From: Candidatus Eiseniibacteriota bacterium
Lineage (GTDB): Bacteria > Eisenbacteria > RBG-16-71-46
Assembly (NCBI GenBank): GCA_963776245.1
Contig: CAVZLN010000004.1
Span: 128,001-192,000 of the forward strand
Reading direction: 5' to 3'
Length of the DNA: 64,000 bases
Below, piece by piece: positions 19,304-27,456 of the stretch. The notes beneath the pieces were generated by a model. The model saw only the letters and a program-made list of their open reading frames with translations. It ran no database searches and had not been told where the DNA came from. Within the stretch, counting starts at the first letter, position 1; each line of letters starts with the position of its first letter. Made by a program: the position numbers and the translations under genes.

Positions 19304-20236
19304 ACGGCCCGGGTGAGATCCTGGTGGTCGGCTCGGTGGCGCTCGACAGCGTCCGCACGCCGTACGGCGAGGCGGTCGAGGCGCTCGGCGGGTCGGCGTC
19401 GTACTTCTCGGTCGCCGCGAGCCACTTCGCGCCGGTGCGCATGGTGGCGGTGGTGGGGGACGACTTCCCGGCGGAGCACCGCGCGCTGTTCGCGCAGCGC
19501 GACATCGACACCGCCGGGCTCGAGACCGCGCCGGGCCGCACCTTCCGCTGGCGCGGGGAGTACAGCGCCGAGCTCGGCCACGCGCACACGCTCGAGACCC
19601 AGTTGAACGTGTTCTCGTCGTTCCAGCCGAAGCTCGAACGACGTGCACCGCCGCACGCCCTTCGTGTTCCTCGCCAACATCGACCCGGAACTGCAGCTGC
19701 ACGTCCTGTCCCAGGTGCGCACACCGCGACTCACGCTCTCCGACACCATGAACTACTGGATCGCGCGCAAGCCTGACCGGGTGCTCGACGTGCTGCGGCA
19801 GGTGGACGTGGCGGTGCTCAACGAGGAGGAGGCCCGCGCGCTCGCCGGGGAGACCCAGCTGGTGAGAGCGGCGGACCGCCTGATCGAGGCCGGCGCGCAC
19901 GCGGTCATCATCAAGAAGGGCGAGCACGGCGCGCTCTACCGTTCGCCGGACGAGTGCTTCATCACCCCCGCGTTCCCGGTCGACGCGCTCACCGATCCGA
20001 CCGGAGCGGGCGATTCGTTCGCCGGCGGCTTCCTCGGCTGGATCGCGCGTCGCGGGCGCATCGACGGCAACGCGCTGCGACAGGCGCTCGCGTGCGGCAC
20101 CGCGATGGCGTCGATCGCGATCGAGGGATTCAGCCCGCGCCGTCTCGCGGAGGTGGATGGCGCCGAGATCCAGCGCCGGGTCGCGCTGCTCCATTCCATG
20201 GTCCATTTCGAACTCGAGTCCCTGTTCGACGCGTGA
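19300..20236 (+). CDS. PfkB-family sugar/nucleoside kinase, apparent frameshift near 19638
   Basis: VGSVALD, LGGSASY, FLANIDP, KKGEHGA, DPTGAGDSFAGG. Confidence 0.88.
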
Positions 20237-20270
20237 GCCCCGCGGTCGCGCGCCGCCGGCCAATCCGCCC

Positions 20271-20301
20271 TTGCGGGCCGCGCTGAGGCGTGTGCTAGAC
20301 T
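20271..20301 (+). promoter_or_regulatory. Putative promoter (TTGCGG ... extended -10 TGCTAGACT) for the signalling island
   Basis: TGn-TAGACT at 20293-20301; SD GGGGGAG before GTG 20345. Confidence 0.55.
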
Positions 20302-20344
20302 CGCCTCTCTGACCCACCGGAGCACGATCGAAGGGGGAGTCCGC

Positions 20345-21151
20345 GTGACCGTCGATTCGACCAGCGCCGCCTGGACGTCCCGAGTGGAGGCGGCCCTTCG
20401 CACCCTGCGCGACGTGGACGCGGTGGCCGTCCGGGCCGAGGGCGGGGTCATCCGCGAGATCCACGTGGTCACGTCCTCGCAGCGCCGGCCCAATCTGCTG
20501 GTGCGCGACATCCAGACCCTGCTCCTGACCCGGTTCCACCATTCGATCGACCGGCGCGTGGTCTCGGTGGTGTCGGTGGCGCGTGACGCGTCCATCGCCT
20601 CCATCCTCCCCGACTCCTCGGTCCGTCCCGCTCCCGCCGCCGCGTCCGTTCCCGAGCCGGAGCCCGAGCCCGATCCCGAGCCCGAACCGCCGCTGGATGA
20701 GCGCATCCGGTTCGGGAGCGTCAATCTCTACATCTCGGGACCGCGCGCCCAGGCCCAGGTGGAGCTGCGCTGGAAGGGCGTGCCCCGCATGGGGAGCGCC
20801 GCGGGATGGAGCACCCGTGACGGCGCGCACCGGCTGATCGCCACCGCCACGGTCAACGCGGTCCAGGAGTTCCTCGACGACGAGGTGGCGCTGGGCGTGA
20901 CCGAGGTCGAGTTCGTGACCATGGGGCGCCGCCGGGTCGCGGTGGTCGGGCTCGCGCTGCTGGCGCACCGCCAGGAGAAGCTGCTGGCGGGAAGCTGCAC
21001 GGTGGAGCAGGATGTGCAACAGGCCGTGGTGCTCGCGACGCTGGCCGCCCTCAACCGGGTGGTCGGCGGCATGCGCACCAAGGAACCCACGGAATACATC
21101 TTGAGACCGGCAGCGGTCCGGGAGGAGAGCGGAGCGAGTCGAAGTCGCTAG
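20345..21151 (+). CDS. Uncharacterised two-domain protein with Pro/Glu linker
   Basis: N-domain EIHVV...RRPNLLVRDIQT...IDRRVVSV; PEPEPEPDPEPEPP linker; alpha/beta C-domain; good SD and codon bias. Confidence 0.85.
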   Translation: MTVDSTSAAWTSRVEAALRTLRDVDAVAVRAEGGVIREIHVVTSSQRRPNLLVRDIQTLLLTRFHHSIDRRVVSVVSVARDASIASILPDSSVRPAPAAASVPEPEPEPDPEPEPPLDERIRFGSVNLYISGPRAQAQVELRWKGVPRMGSAAGWSTRDGAHRLIATATVNAVQEFLDDEVALGVTEVEFVTMGRRRVAVVGLALLAHRQEKLLAGSCTVEQDVQQAVVLATLAALNRVVGGMRTKEPTEYILRPAAVREESGASRSR

Positions 21152-21224
21152 AGCGAAGCGGACCCACCTGTCGCGGGAGCGGTACGACCCCCAACAGAAT
21201 CTTCCTATAAAGGAGGTGGGCTTC

Positions 21225-21275
21225 GTGGAACTCATCCAGGAGATCCTCATCCTGCTCAGCAAGGCGGGCTGGTAG
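21225..21275 (+). CDS. 16-aa small ORF MELIQEILILLSKAGW (putative signalling or leader peptide)
   Basis: AAAGGAGGTG SD at 21209-21218, GTG start, TAG stop, host-like GC3 codons, AT-rich upstream. Confidence 0.7.
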   Translation: MELIQEILILLSKAGW

Positions 21276-21284
21276 CACGCTGAG

Positions 21285-21305
21285 CACCGGGCCTGAGGCC
21301 CGGTG
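21285..21305 (+). other. Perfect 9-bp hairpin CACCGGGCC-TGA-GGCCCGGTG after the small ORF
   Basis: Exact inverted repeat 21285-21293 / 21297-21305; no U-tract directly after. Confidence 0.7.
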
Positions 21306-21394
21306 ACGGCGGCCCCCGGATACGTTGCCGGTTTCATGTCTTCGCGTCATCGCCACCCCGAGCCCCTCGACCACCGCCCCCCGGTCCGAGACCA

Positions 21395-22726
21395 GTGAGC
21401 GCCACGACCTCCACGATCCGACACCCCGGACCCTTCGGCCTGTACTACGTCGCGGTGCTGGTGGGCGCGGGGGCGCTCCTGGCGGGCGGGTCGCAGCATC
21501 CGGGCCCGTTGCAGCCCGCGCTGATGGCCGTGGTCCTGCTCTTCATGGTGTTCAGCGAGGCACGCCCGGTGTCGCTGCCGAGCGGGGGCTTCGCGACCCC
21601 GAGCGCCGTGCTCGAGCTGCCCGCGCTGGTCCTCGTGGGTCCCTTCTGGACCTCGGTCCTGGATCTGGCGAGCACCCTGCTGGTGCAGGGCGTGGCGCAG
21701 CGCAAGTCGCCGCTCAAGCTGTTCTTCAACGCGGCCTCGAACGTCGTCACCTACTTCGCGGCGGCGGCGGCGTTCCGCGCGGCGGGCGGGAGCGTCGGCC
21801 GCGTGGCCCTGTCCGGCGACATGCTGCCGCTGCTGGTGTGCGGGGGCACCTACTTCCTGGTCAACTCCATCCTGGTGTCGATGGTGCTCGGGCTCGCCGA
21901 CGGCCAGGACCCGTGGCGGGTGTGGCAGCGCAACTTCCTCCAGAGCCTGCTCCACCATCTCTCGTTCGTGGCGCTCGGCACGCTGGTCGCCGTCACCTAT
22001 GTCAGCGTCGGCGGGTGGGCCTTCGTGCTCTGCGGCATCCCGTTCGTGGTCACGCGGCACGCGTTCCGCCTCTACGTGGAGATCCGGTCCGACCTCAAGG
22101 AGTTCGTGCGCGCGCTCTCCGAGGTGCTCGAGGAGGTCGATCCGTACACCCGCCATCACTCGATGCGCGTGGCGGAATACGCGGTGCGCATCGCGCGCGG
22201 GATGAACCTCTCGGAGCGCGACGTCGAGGAGATCGAGTACGCCGCGCTGGTGCACGACATCGGGAAGATCGGGCCCCAGCACCAGCACATCCTCCAGAAG
22301 CCGGGCTCGCTGTCGCATGAGGAGCAGCGCACGTTGCGCGCCCACCCGGGCGCGGGCGCGGACATCGTCGCGAAGGTGCGCGCACTGCGCCGCGCCGCCG
22401 AGATCGTGCGCAGCCATCACGAACGCCCGGACGGCGAGGGCTACCCGTTCGGTCTCCGCTCCGCCGACGTGCCGCTGGGCGCGCGCATCCTCAACGTCTC
22501 GGACGCGTTCGACGCGATGACCTCGGACCGGCCGTACCGGCGCGCGCTGTCGCTCGAGGCCGCCATCGGCGAGCTCAAACGTGGGGCGGGGACGCAGTTC
22601 GACGCCGAGGTGGTGGCGTGCCTGGTGCGCCTGCACCAGTCCGGCGGGTTCCCGCTGCTGCCGAGCCCGAGCAGCGAGGACCTGCTCCAGCTGAGGCTCC
22701 AGCCCCCGCGGCGGGCGCGCGCGTGA
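21395..22726 (+). CDS. Membrane-bound HD-GYP c-di-GMP phosphodiesterase with multi-TM (MASE-like) N-terminus
   Basis: About 6-7 hydrophobic segments; HHSMRVA, HDIGK, HHERPDGEGYP, DAFDAMTSDRPYR. Confidence 0.92.
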   Translation: MSATTSTIRHPGPFGLYYVAVLVGAGALLAGGSQHPGPLQPALMAVVLLFMVFSEARPVSLPSGGFATPSAVLELPALVLVGPFWTSVLDLASTLLVQGVAQRKSPLKLFFNAASNVVTYFAAAAAFRAAGGSVGRVALSGDMLPLLVCGGTYFLVNSILVSMVLGLADGQDPWRVWQRNFLQSLLHHLSFVALGTLVAVTYVSVGGWAFVLCGIPFVVTRHAFRLYVEIRSDLKEFVRALSEVLEEVDPYTRHHSMRVAEYAVRIARGMNLSERDVEEIEYAALVHDIGKIGPQHQHILQKPGSLSHEEQRTLRAHPGAGADIVAKVRALRRAAEIVRSHHERPDGEGYPFGLRSADVPLGARILNVSDAFDAMTSDRPYRRALSLEAAIGELKRGAGTQFDAEVVACLVRLHQSGGFPLLPSPSSEDLLQLRLQPPRRARA

Positions 22727-23745
22727 TGCGCTACCGCGACGCGGGGGTGGACATCGCGCGCGCCGACGCGGTCAAGGACGCGATCGGACGGGCGGTCCGT
22801 TCGACCTGGCGCGACGGCGTGGTCCCGCTGGCCGGCGGATTCGCCGGCCTGATGGCGTTCCCCGGCGCCCCGGGCCTGCTCGCCGCGACCCTCGACGGGG
22901 TGGGCAGCAAGATGCAGCTGGCGATCGCGGCGGGGCGGGTGGACGAGGCCGCGGCCGACCTCGTGTATCACGGCGCCAACGACCTGCTGGTGCACGGCGC
23001 GCGACCCCTGGCGTTCCTCGACTACATCGCCCAGTCGAGGCTGGACCCCGCGGTCGTGGTGGCCGCGGTCGAGGGGCTGGCGCGCGCGTGCCGCGAGGTG
23101 GGGGCGGTGCTGCTGGGGGGCGAGACCGCGGAGATGCCCGACACCTACCGGGAGGGCGCGGTGGACGTGGCGGGGTGCATGCTCGGGATCGCCGATCCGG
23201 CGCACGTGATCGACGGCACGATGGTGGAGCCGGGCGACGCGGTGGTCGGGATCGCGGGCAGCGGGCTCCACACCAACGGCTACACCCTGGCGCGCCGGAT
23301 CGTGGCCGCGAGCTCGCTGACCCTCGACGCGCCGCTCCCCGGCGGCGACGGCGAGCGCGTGGGCGACGCGCTGCTGGCGCCGCACCGGTGGTACGGGCCC
23401 AGCGTGATGCCCCTGGCCGCCACCGGACGCCTGCACGCCCTCGCCCATGTCACCGGCGGCGGGATCGCCGGGAATCTGGCGCGCGTGCTCCCGACCGGAT
23501 GCCGCGCGCGCGTGGACGCTCGGGCCTGGCCGCGGCCCGCGCTGTTCCGGTGGCTGATGGAGGCGGGCGAGGTGCCCGAGGACGACGCCCGCGGCGCGTT
23601 CAACCTCGGGGTGGGCATGGTCGCGGTGGTGGCGCGCGCGGAGGCCGAGGAGGTCACTCGTTCGCTCACCGGGTCCGGGGAGACGGTGTGGCGCATCGGC
23701 GAGGTCGTGGCCGGGCCGCGCGGCGTCGAGTGGACGGAACGATGA
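22726..23745 (+). CDS. purM: Phosphoribosylformylglycinamidine cyclo-ligase
   Basis: YRDAGVDI, DGVGSK, GGETAEMP, SGLHTNGY, HVTGGG, FNLGVGM. Confidence 0.95.
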   Translation: MRYRDAGVDIARADAVKDAIGRAVRSTWRDGVVPLAGGFAGLMAFPGAPGLLAATLDGVGSKMQLAIAAGRVDEAAADLVYHGANDLLVHGARPLAFLDYIAQSRLDPAVVVAAVEGLARACREVGAVLLGGETAEMPDTYREGAVDVAGCMLGIADPAHVIDGTMVEPGDAVVGIAGSGLHTNGYTLARRIVAASSLTLDAPLPGGDGERVGDALLAPHRWYGPSVMPLAATGRLHALAHVTGGGIAGNLARVLPTGCRARVDARAWPRPALFRWLMEAGEVPEDDARGAFNLGVGMVAVVARAEAEEVTRSLTGSGETVWRIGEVVAGPRGVEWTER

Positions 23746-23779
23746 CCCCCGCTGGCGTGGTGGTGAGGAGGAGGGTGGG

Positions 23780-24799
23780 ATGCAGCGCCACGAACGGATG
23801 GACACGCCCCCCCTGGAGATGCCCCTGCTGCTGGGTGAGTCGCGGGCCTGGCGGGAGGTCGTCGAGTCCCTGCCGCGGATCGCGGTCAGCGGGCTCCCGG
23901 TGCTCGTGCTGGGGGAGACCGGGACCGGCAAGGAGCTGATCGCGCGCGCGCTCCACGCGTTGAGCCCGCGGCGACGCCGCGGATTCGTCGCCCACAACTG
24001 CGGCGCGACCCCCGACAGTCTGATCGAGAGCGAGCTGTTCGGGCACGCGCGCGGCGCCTTCACGGGCGCGATCGCCGAACGCCCGGGCCTGTTCGAGGCG
24101 GCGCACGAGGGCACGCTCTTCCTCGACGAGATCGGGGACGCCAGCCCGCTGCTCCAGATGAAGCTGCTGCGCGCGCTCCAGGAGGGCGAGTCGCGCCGCG
24201 TCGGGGACACGCGCGTGCGTCGCGTGGACGTGCGCGTGGTGTCCGCCACCCATCGAGGGCTCGACCAGTGCTTCGATGGGGGAGCGTTCCGCGCCGACCT
24301 GTTCTTCCGGCTCGCCGCGGTGCGGGTCCAGCTGCCGCCGTTGCGCGAGCGGGGCGACGACGTGGAGCTGCTGGCCCAGCACTACCTGGCGCGCGAGGCC
24401 GAGACCGGGCCGGCGCGGACGGCGTCGCTCGCGCCGTCGCTGGTCGAGCACCTGCGCCGTTACCCGTGGCCGGGCAACGTGCGCGAACTGGCCCACGCCT
24501 GCGCGTATGCCGTGCGGGTGGCGGGAGCGCGGGCGAGCGTCGGGCTGGAGCACTGGCCGCCGCCGCCGGTGACGGCAGGCGCGAGCGCCGGCACGGCGCG
24601 CGGGCTGCACGCCGAGACGCGCGCCCTCGAGGAGCGCCGCCTGCGTGAAGCGCTGGACCGGTCGCGTGGCAACAAGTCGCAGGCGGCTCGCGCGCTCGGA
24701 CTGTCCCGTCAGGGCCTGCTGAAGAAGCTGCGCCGCTACGGGCTCACGGCGCGCGAAGAGGCGGCCCTCGGCCTTGACGGTCCGGAGGGCGCTGCCTAG
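23780..24799 (+). CDS. Sigma54-dependent enhancer-binding protein (AAA+ and Fis HTH, no N-terminal sensor)
   Basis: GETGTGKE, ESELFGH, GAFTGA, LFLDEIG, WPGNVREL, NKSQAARALGLSR. Confidence 0.92.
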   Translation: MQRHERMDTPPLEMPLLLGESRAWREVVESLPRIAVSGLPVLVLGETGTGKELIARALHALSPRRRRGFVAHNCGATPDSLIESELFGHARGAFTGAIAERPGLFEAAHEGTLFLDEIGDASPLLQMKLLRALQEGESRRVGDTRVRRVDVRVVSATHRGLDQCFDGGAFRADLFFRLAAVRVQLPPLRERGDDVELLAQHYLAREAETGPARTASLAPSLVEHLRRYPWPGNVRELAHACAYAVRVAGARASVGLEHWPPPPVTAGASAGTARGLHAETRALEERRLREALDRSRGNKSQAARALGLSRQGLLKKLRRYGLTAREEAALGLDGPEGAA

Positions 24800-24802
24800 A
24801 CT
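24774..24802 (+). promoter_or_regulatory. Putative sigma70 promoter TTGACG-N17-TAGACT
   Basis: -10 includes the TAG stop of the upstream gene; SD GGAGGAG before GTG 24835. Confidence 0.65.
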
Positions 24803-24834
24803 GCCGCCCGGCCATTCTCCCTGGAGGAGTTCCC

Positions 24835-25851
24835 GTGGCGCGAAAGAACGTGCGGATCGGACTGGTGGGCGCGGGTGCGGCCGCCCAGATCAATCACATC
24901 CCGGCGCTGAAGAAGGCCGAGGGGCTCGAGCTCGCGGCGATCGTGGACCGCGATCCCGAGAAGGCGCAGCAGGTGGCGCAGCGCTTCGGGATCCCGGTCG
25001 CTTTCAGCCGCCTCGACGACCTGCTCGCCGACGAGAGCATCGACGCGGTCGATCTCTGCACCCCGAACTTCCTCCACCAGCCGATGGCGGTGGCTGCGCT
25101 CGAGGCCGGCAAGCACGTGCTCTGCGAGCGCCCGCTGGCGCGCAGCGCTCAGGAGGCCGTGGCGATGGTGAAGGCGGCGAAGAAGGCCGACCGCCTGTGC
25201 CTGTGCGCGGTGCAGCATCGCTTCCGGCCCGACGCCCAGCTGCTCAAGAAGTTCGTGGAGAAGGGCGACCTGGGCGGCATCTTCCACGCCAAGGCGGGGT
25301 GGCTGCGGCAGCGCACGACGTGGGACTCCGACGAGTGGCGCCGCACCAAGCGCGAGTCGGGGGGTGGCGTGGTGCTCGACCTCGGCTTCCAGATGCTCGA
25401 CCTCGCGCTCTGGGTGATGGGGAGTCCGAAGGTCGAGTCGGTGACGGCCGGCGTGCATCGCTCCCGCAAGGGGGAGGTGGAGGACTCGGCCACGGCGTTC
25501 TTCCGCCTCGCGACCGGCGCGACCCTGACGCTCGAACTCACGTGGGGTCTGCTGATGGAGAAGGACTTCGCCTACCTCAACCTGTTCGGTTCGGGGGGCG
25601 CCGCGCTGCTCAATCCGTTCCGCCTCCACAAGGGCATGCACGGCCAGCTCGTCAACGTGACGCCGGCCACGCTCGACACCGCGAAGAACCAGTACAAGCT
25701 CTCGATCGAGGCCCAGATCGCGCACGTCGCCGACGTGCTGCGCAAGGGCGCGCGGCCGATGGGCACCGCCGACGAGATCCTGCCGGTCATGGAGCTCATG
25801 GACGCGGTCTATCGCTCGGCCGAACAGGGCAAGGAGGTCCGGCTCGACTGA
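24835..25851 (+). CDS. Gfo/Idh/MocA family oxidoreductase
   Basis: IGLVGAG, CTPNFLH, GKHVLCERP, GGGVVLD. Confidence 0.9.
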   Translation: MARKNVRIGLVGAGAAAQINHIPALKKAEGLELAAIVDRDPEKAQQVAQRFGIPVAFSRLDDLLADESIDAVDLCTPNFLHQPMAVAALEAGKHVLCERPLARSAQEAVAMVKAAKKADRLCLCAVQHRFRPDAQLLKKFVEKGDLGGIFHAKAGWLRQRTTWDSDEWRRTKRESGGGVVLDLGFQMLDLALWVMGSPKVESVTAGVHRSRKGEVEDSATAFFRLATGATLTLELTWGLLMEKDFAYLNLFGSGGAALLNPFRLHKGMHGQLVNVTPATLDTAKNQYKLSIEAQIAHVADVLRKGARPMGTADEILPVMELMDAVYRSAEQGKEVRLD

Positions 25852-25888
25852 GCGCCGCGAGATCGGCCTCGCGCTGCTGTCCGGCGCG

Positions 25889-27382
25889 TTGCTCGGCGTG
25901 GCGTTCCTGTCGCCGCCCCTCGGACTCCTCGCATGGGGCGCGCTGGTCCCGCTGCTGGCGGCGCTGGCCGCGCGCCTCGACCGCGGCGCGCGCGCGCGCG
26001 CGCTGTTCGGCCTCGGCTGGGTGTTCGGGTTCGCCTTCTTCCTGATCGGCATCCACTGGATCGCGCTGCTCTCCGAGGTCGCCATCACCCTGCCGTGGCT
26101 GAAGTATCCGGCCTGGGTGCTGGCGGCGGCGTATCTCGGGGTGTTCCCCGGGCTCGCGACCCTGCTGGCGGGCGGACTGGCGCGGCGCACGCGCCTGCCG
26201 CTGGTGGTGGTGTTCGCGCCCGCGTGGCTCGCGATCGAGGTTCTGCGCGGCTCGGGCGAGCTGGGCTTCCCGTGGTTCGAAGCGGGCTACAGCCAGCACG
26301 CCTACACCCCGGTGGTGCAGCTCGCCTCGCTGGGTGGCGCGCGTCTGGTGACGCTCTGGGTGGTGACGCTCAACCTGCTCCTGTGGCGGGCACTCGCGGG
26401 CCGCGCCCGTTTGCGCTCGGCGCTCGGGTTCGCGCTCGCGCTCGCGTTCGCATTCGCGTGGGGCCAGCGGGTGCTCGACGCTGCGCCGCGGGGCGACGGC
26501 CCGTCGGTCGCGCTGGTGCAGGGGGACATCCCGGGCGAGATGAAGTGGTCGGGCCGCCATCAGCCCGAGATCCTGGGCCGGTTCCTCGCGCTCAGCGACA
26601 GCGCGGCCCGGCGCACGCCGCGGCCGATCCTCATCGTCTGGCCGGAGACCGCGACCGGCTCCTACCTGCGCAAGCAACTCGATCAGGCGCTCGCGGTCAC
26701 GAGCTTCGCCGCGCGCACCGGCATACCGGTCTTCAGCGGGTACGCGGACTGGGATCTGGGCAGCGGAGACAATCCGCGCGCGTACAACGCCGCGGGGGTG
26801 TTCTCGCCGGACGGTTCGCTCGGCACGCGCTACGCGAAGCGTCACCTGGTGCCGTTCGGGGAGCGCATGCCGTTCCAGTGGCTGGTCCCGGCGCTGGGGA
26901 AGGCGGACTTCGGCCAGGCCGAGTGGGCACCGGGCGATTCGACGGTGCTGTTCCCGAGCGCGGCCGGACCGTTCGGCTGCCTGGTGTGCTTCGAATCCAT
27001 CTTCGCCGACCTGGCGCGCTCGGACGTGCGCCACGGGGCGCGCTGGCTGGTGAACCTCACCAACGACGAGTGGTTCGGCAACAGCAGCGCGCTGCCGCAG
27101 CACGCCGCGATGGCGGTGTTCCGCGCGGTCGAGAACCGCGTGCCGCTGGCGCGCTGCGCCAACACCGGGATCACGATGATGGTGGACGCGAACGGGCGCG
27201 TCACCCGGCGCGCGCCGGTGTTCCGGCCGGAGGTGCTGGTGGCGCCGCTGCCCTTGCCGGGCCGTCCGACGCCATTCACCCGCATCGGGGACTGGCCGGG
27301 CGGTCTGGCGGTCGCCGCGTGCGCGGCGCTGGCGCTGGTGGCGCTGGCGCGGGCGTTGACAGGGCGCTTCTCGCGCCCCTAA
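25889..27382 (+). CDS. lnt: Apolipoprotein N-acyltransferase (true start probably slightly upstream)
   Basis: GFPW, VQGDI, WPETA, YAKRHLVPFGE, VCFESIF, TNDEWF, RCANTG. Confidence 0.93.
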   Translation: MLGVAFLSPPLGLLAWGALVPLLAALAARLDRGARARALFGLGWVFGFAFFLIGIHWIALLSEVAITLPWLKYPAWVLAAAYLGVFPGLATLLAGGLARRTRLPLVVVFAPAWLAIEVLRGSGELGFPWFEAGYSQHAYTPVVQLASLGGARLVTLWVVTLNLLLWRALAGRARLRSALGFALALAFAFAWGQRVLDAAPRGDGPSVALVQGDIPGEMKWSGRHQPEILGRFLALSDSAARRTPRPILIVWPETATGSYLRKQLDQALAVTSFAARTGIPVFSGYADWDLGSGDNPRAYNAAGVFSPDGSLGTRYAKRHLVPFGERMPFQWLVPALGKADFGQAEWAPGDSTVLFPSAAGPFGCLVCFESIFADLARSDVRHGARWLVNLTNDEWFGNSSALPQHAAMAVFRAVENRVPLARCANTGITMMVDANGRVTRRAPVFRPEVLVAPLPLPGRPTPFTRIGDWPGGLAVAACAALALVALARALTGRFSRP

Positions 27383-27385
27383 CAT
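27356..27385 (+). promoter_or_regulatory. Putative sigma70 promoter TTGACA-N18-TAACAT for asd
   Basis: Perfect -35 inside the lnt 3' end; -10 includes the lnt TAA stop. Confidence 0.55.
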
Positions 27386-27456
27386 GCGGCCTTCGCCGCC
27401 CGCCCCACACCCCTTCTGCGGAGCCCCGGTGCCGTGACGCCAACCCGGATGGGCGC

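Noticed and set aside
20640..20695. Short tandem repeat (CCCGAG-like)
   Set aside because: Encodes the Pro-Glu linker; not CRISPR or an independent repeat
21152..21394. c-di-GMP riboswitch or tRNA next to the HD-GYP gene
   Set aside because: No recognisable c-di-GMP-I/II consensus or cloverleaf by eye; a cmscan would be decisive
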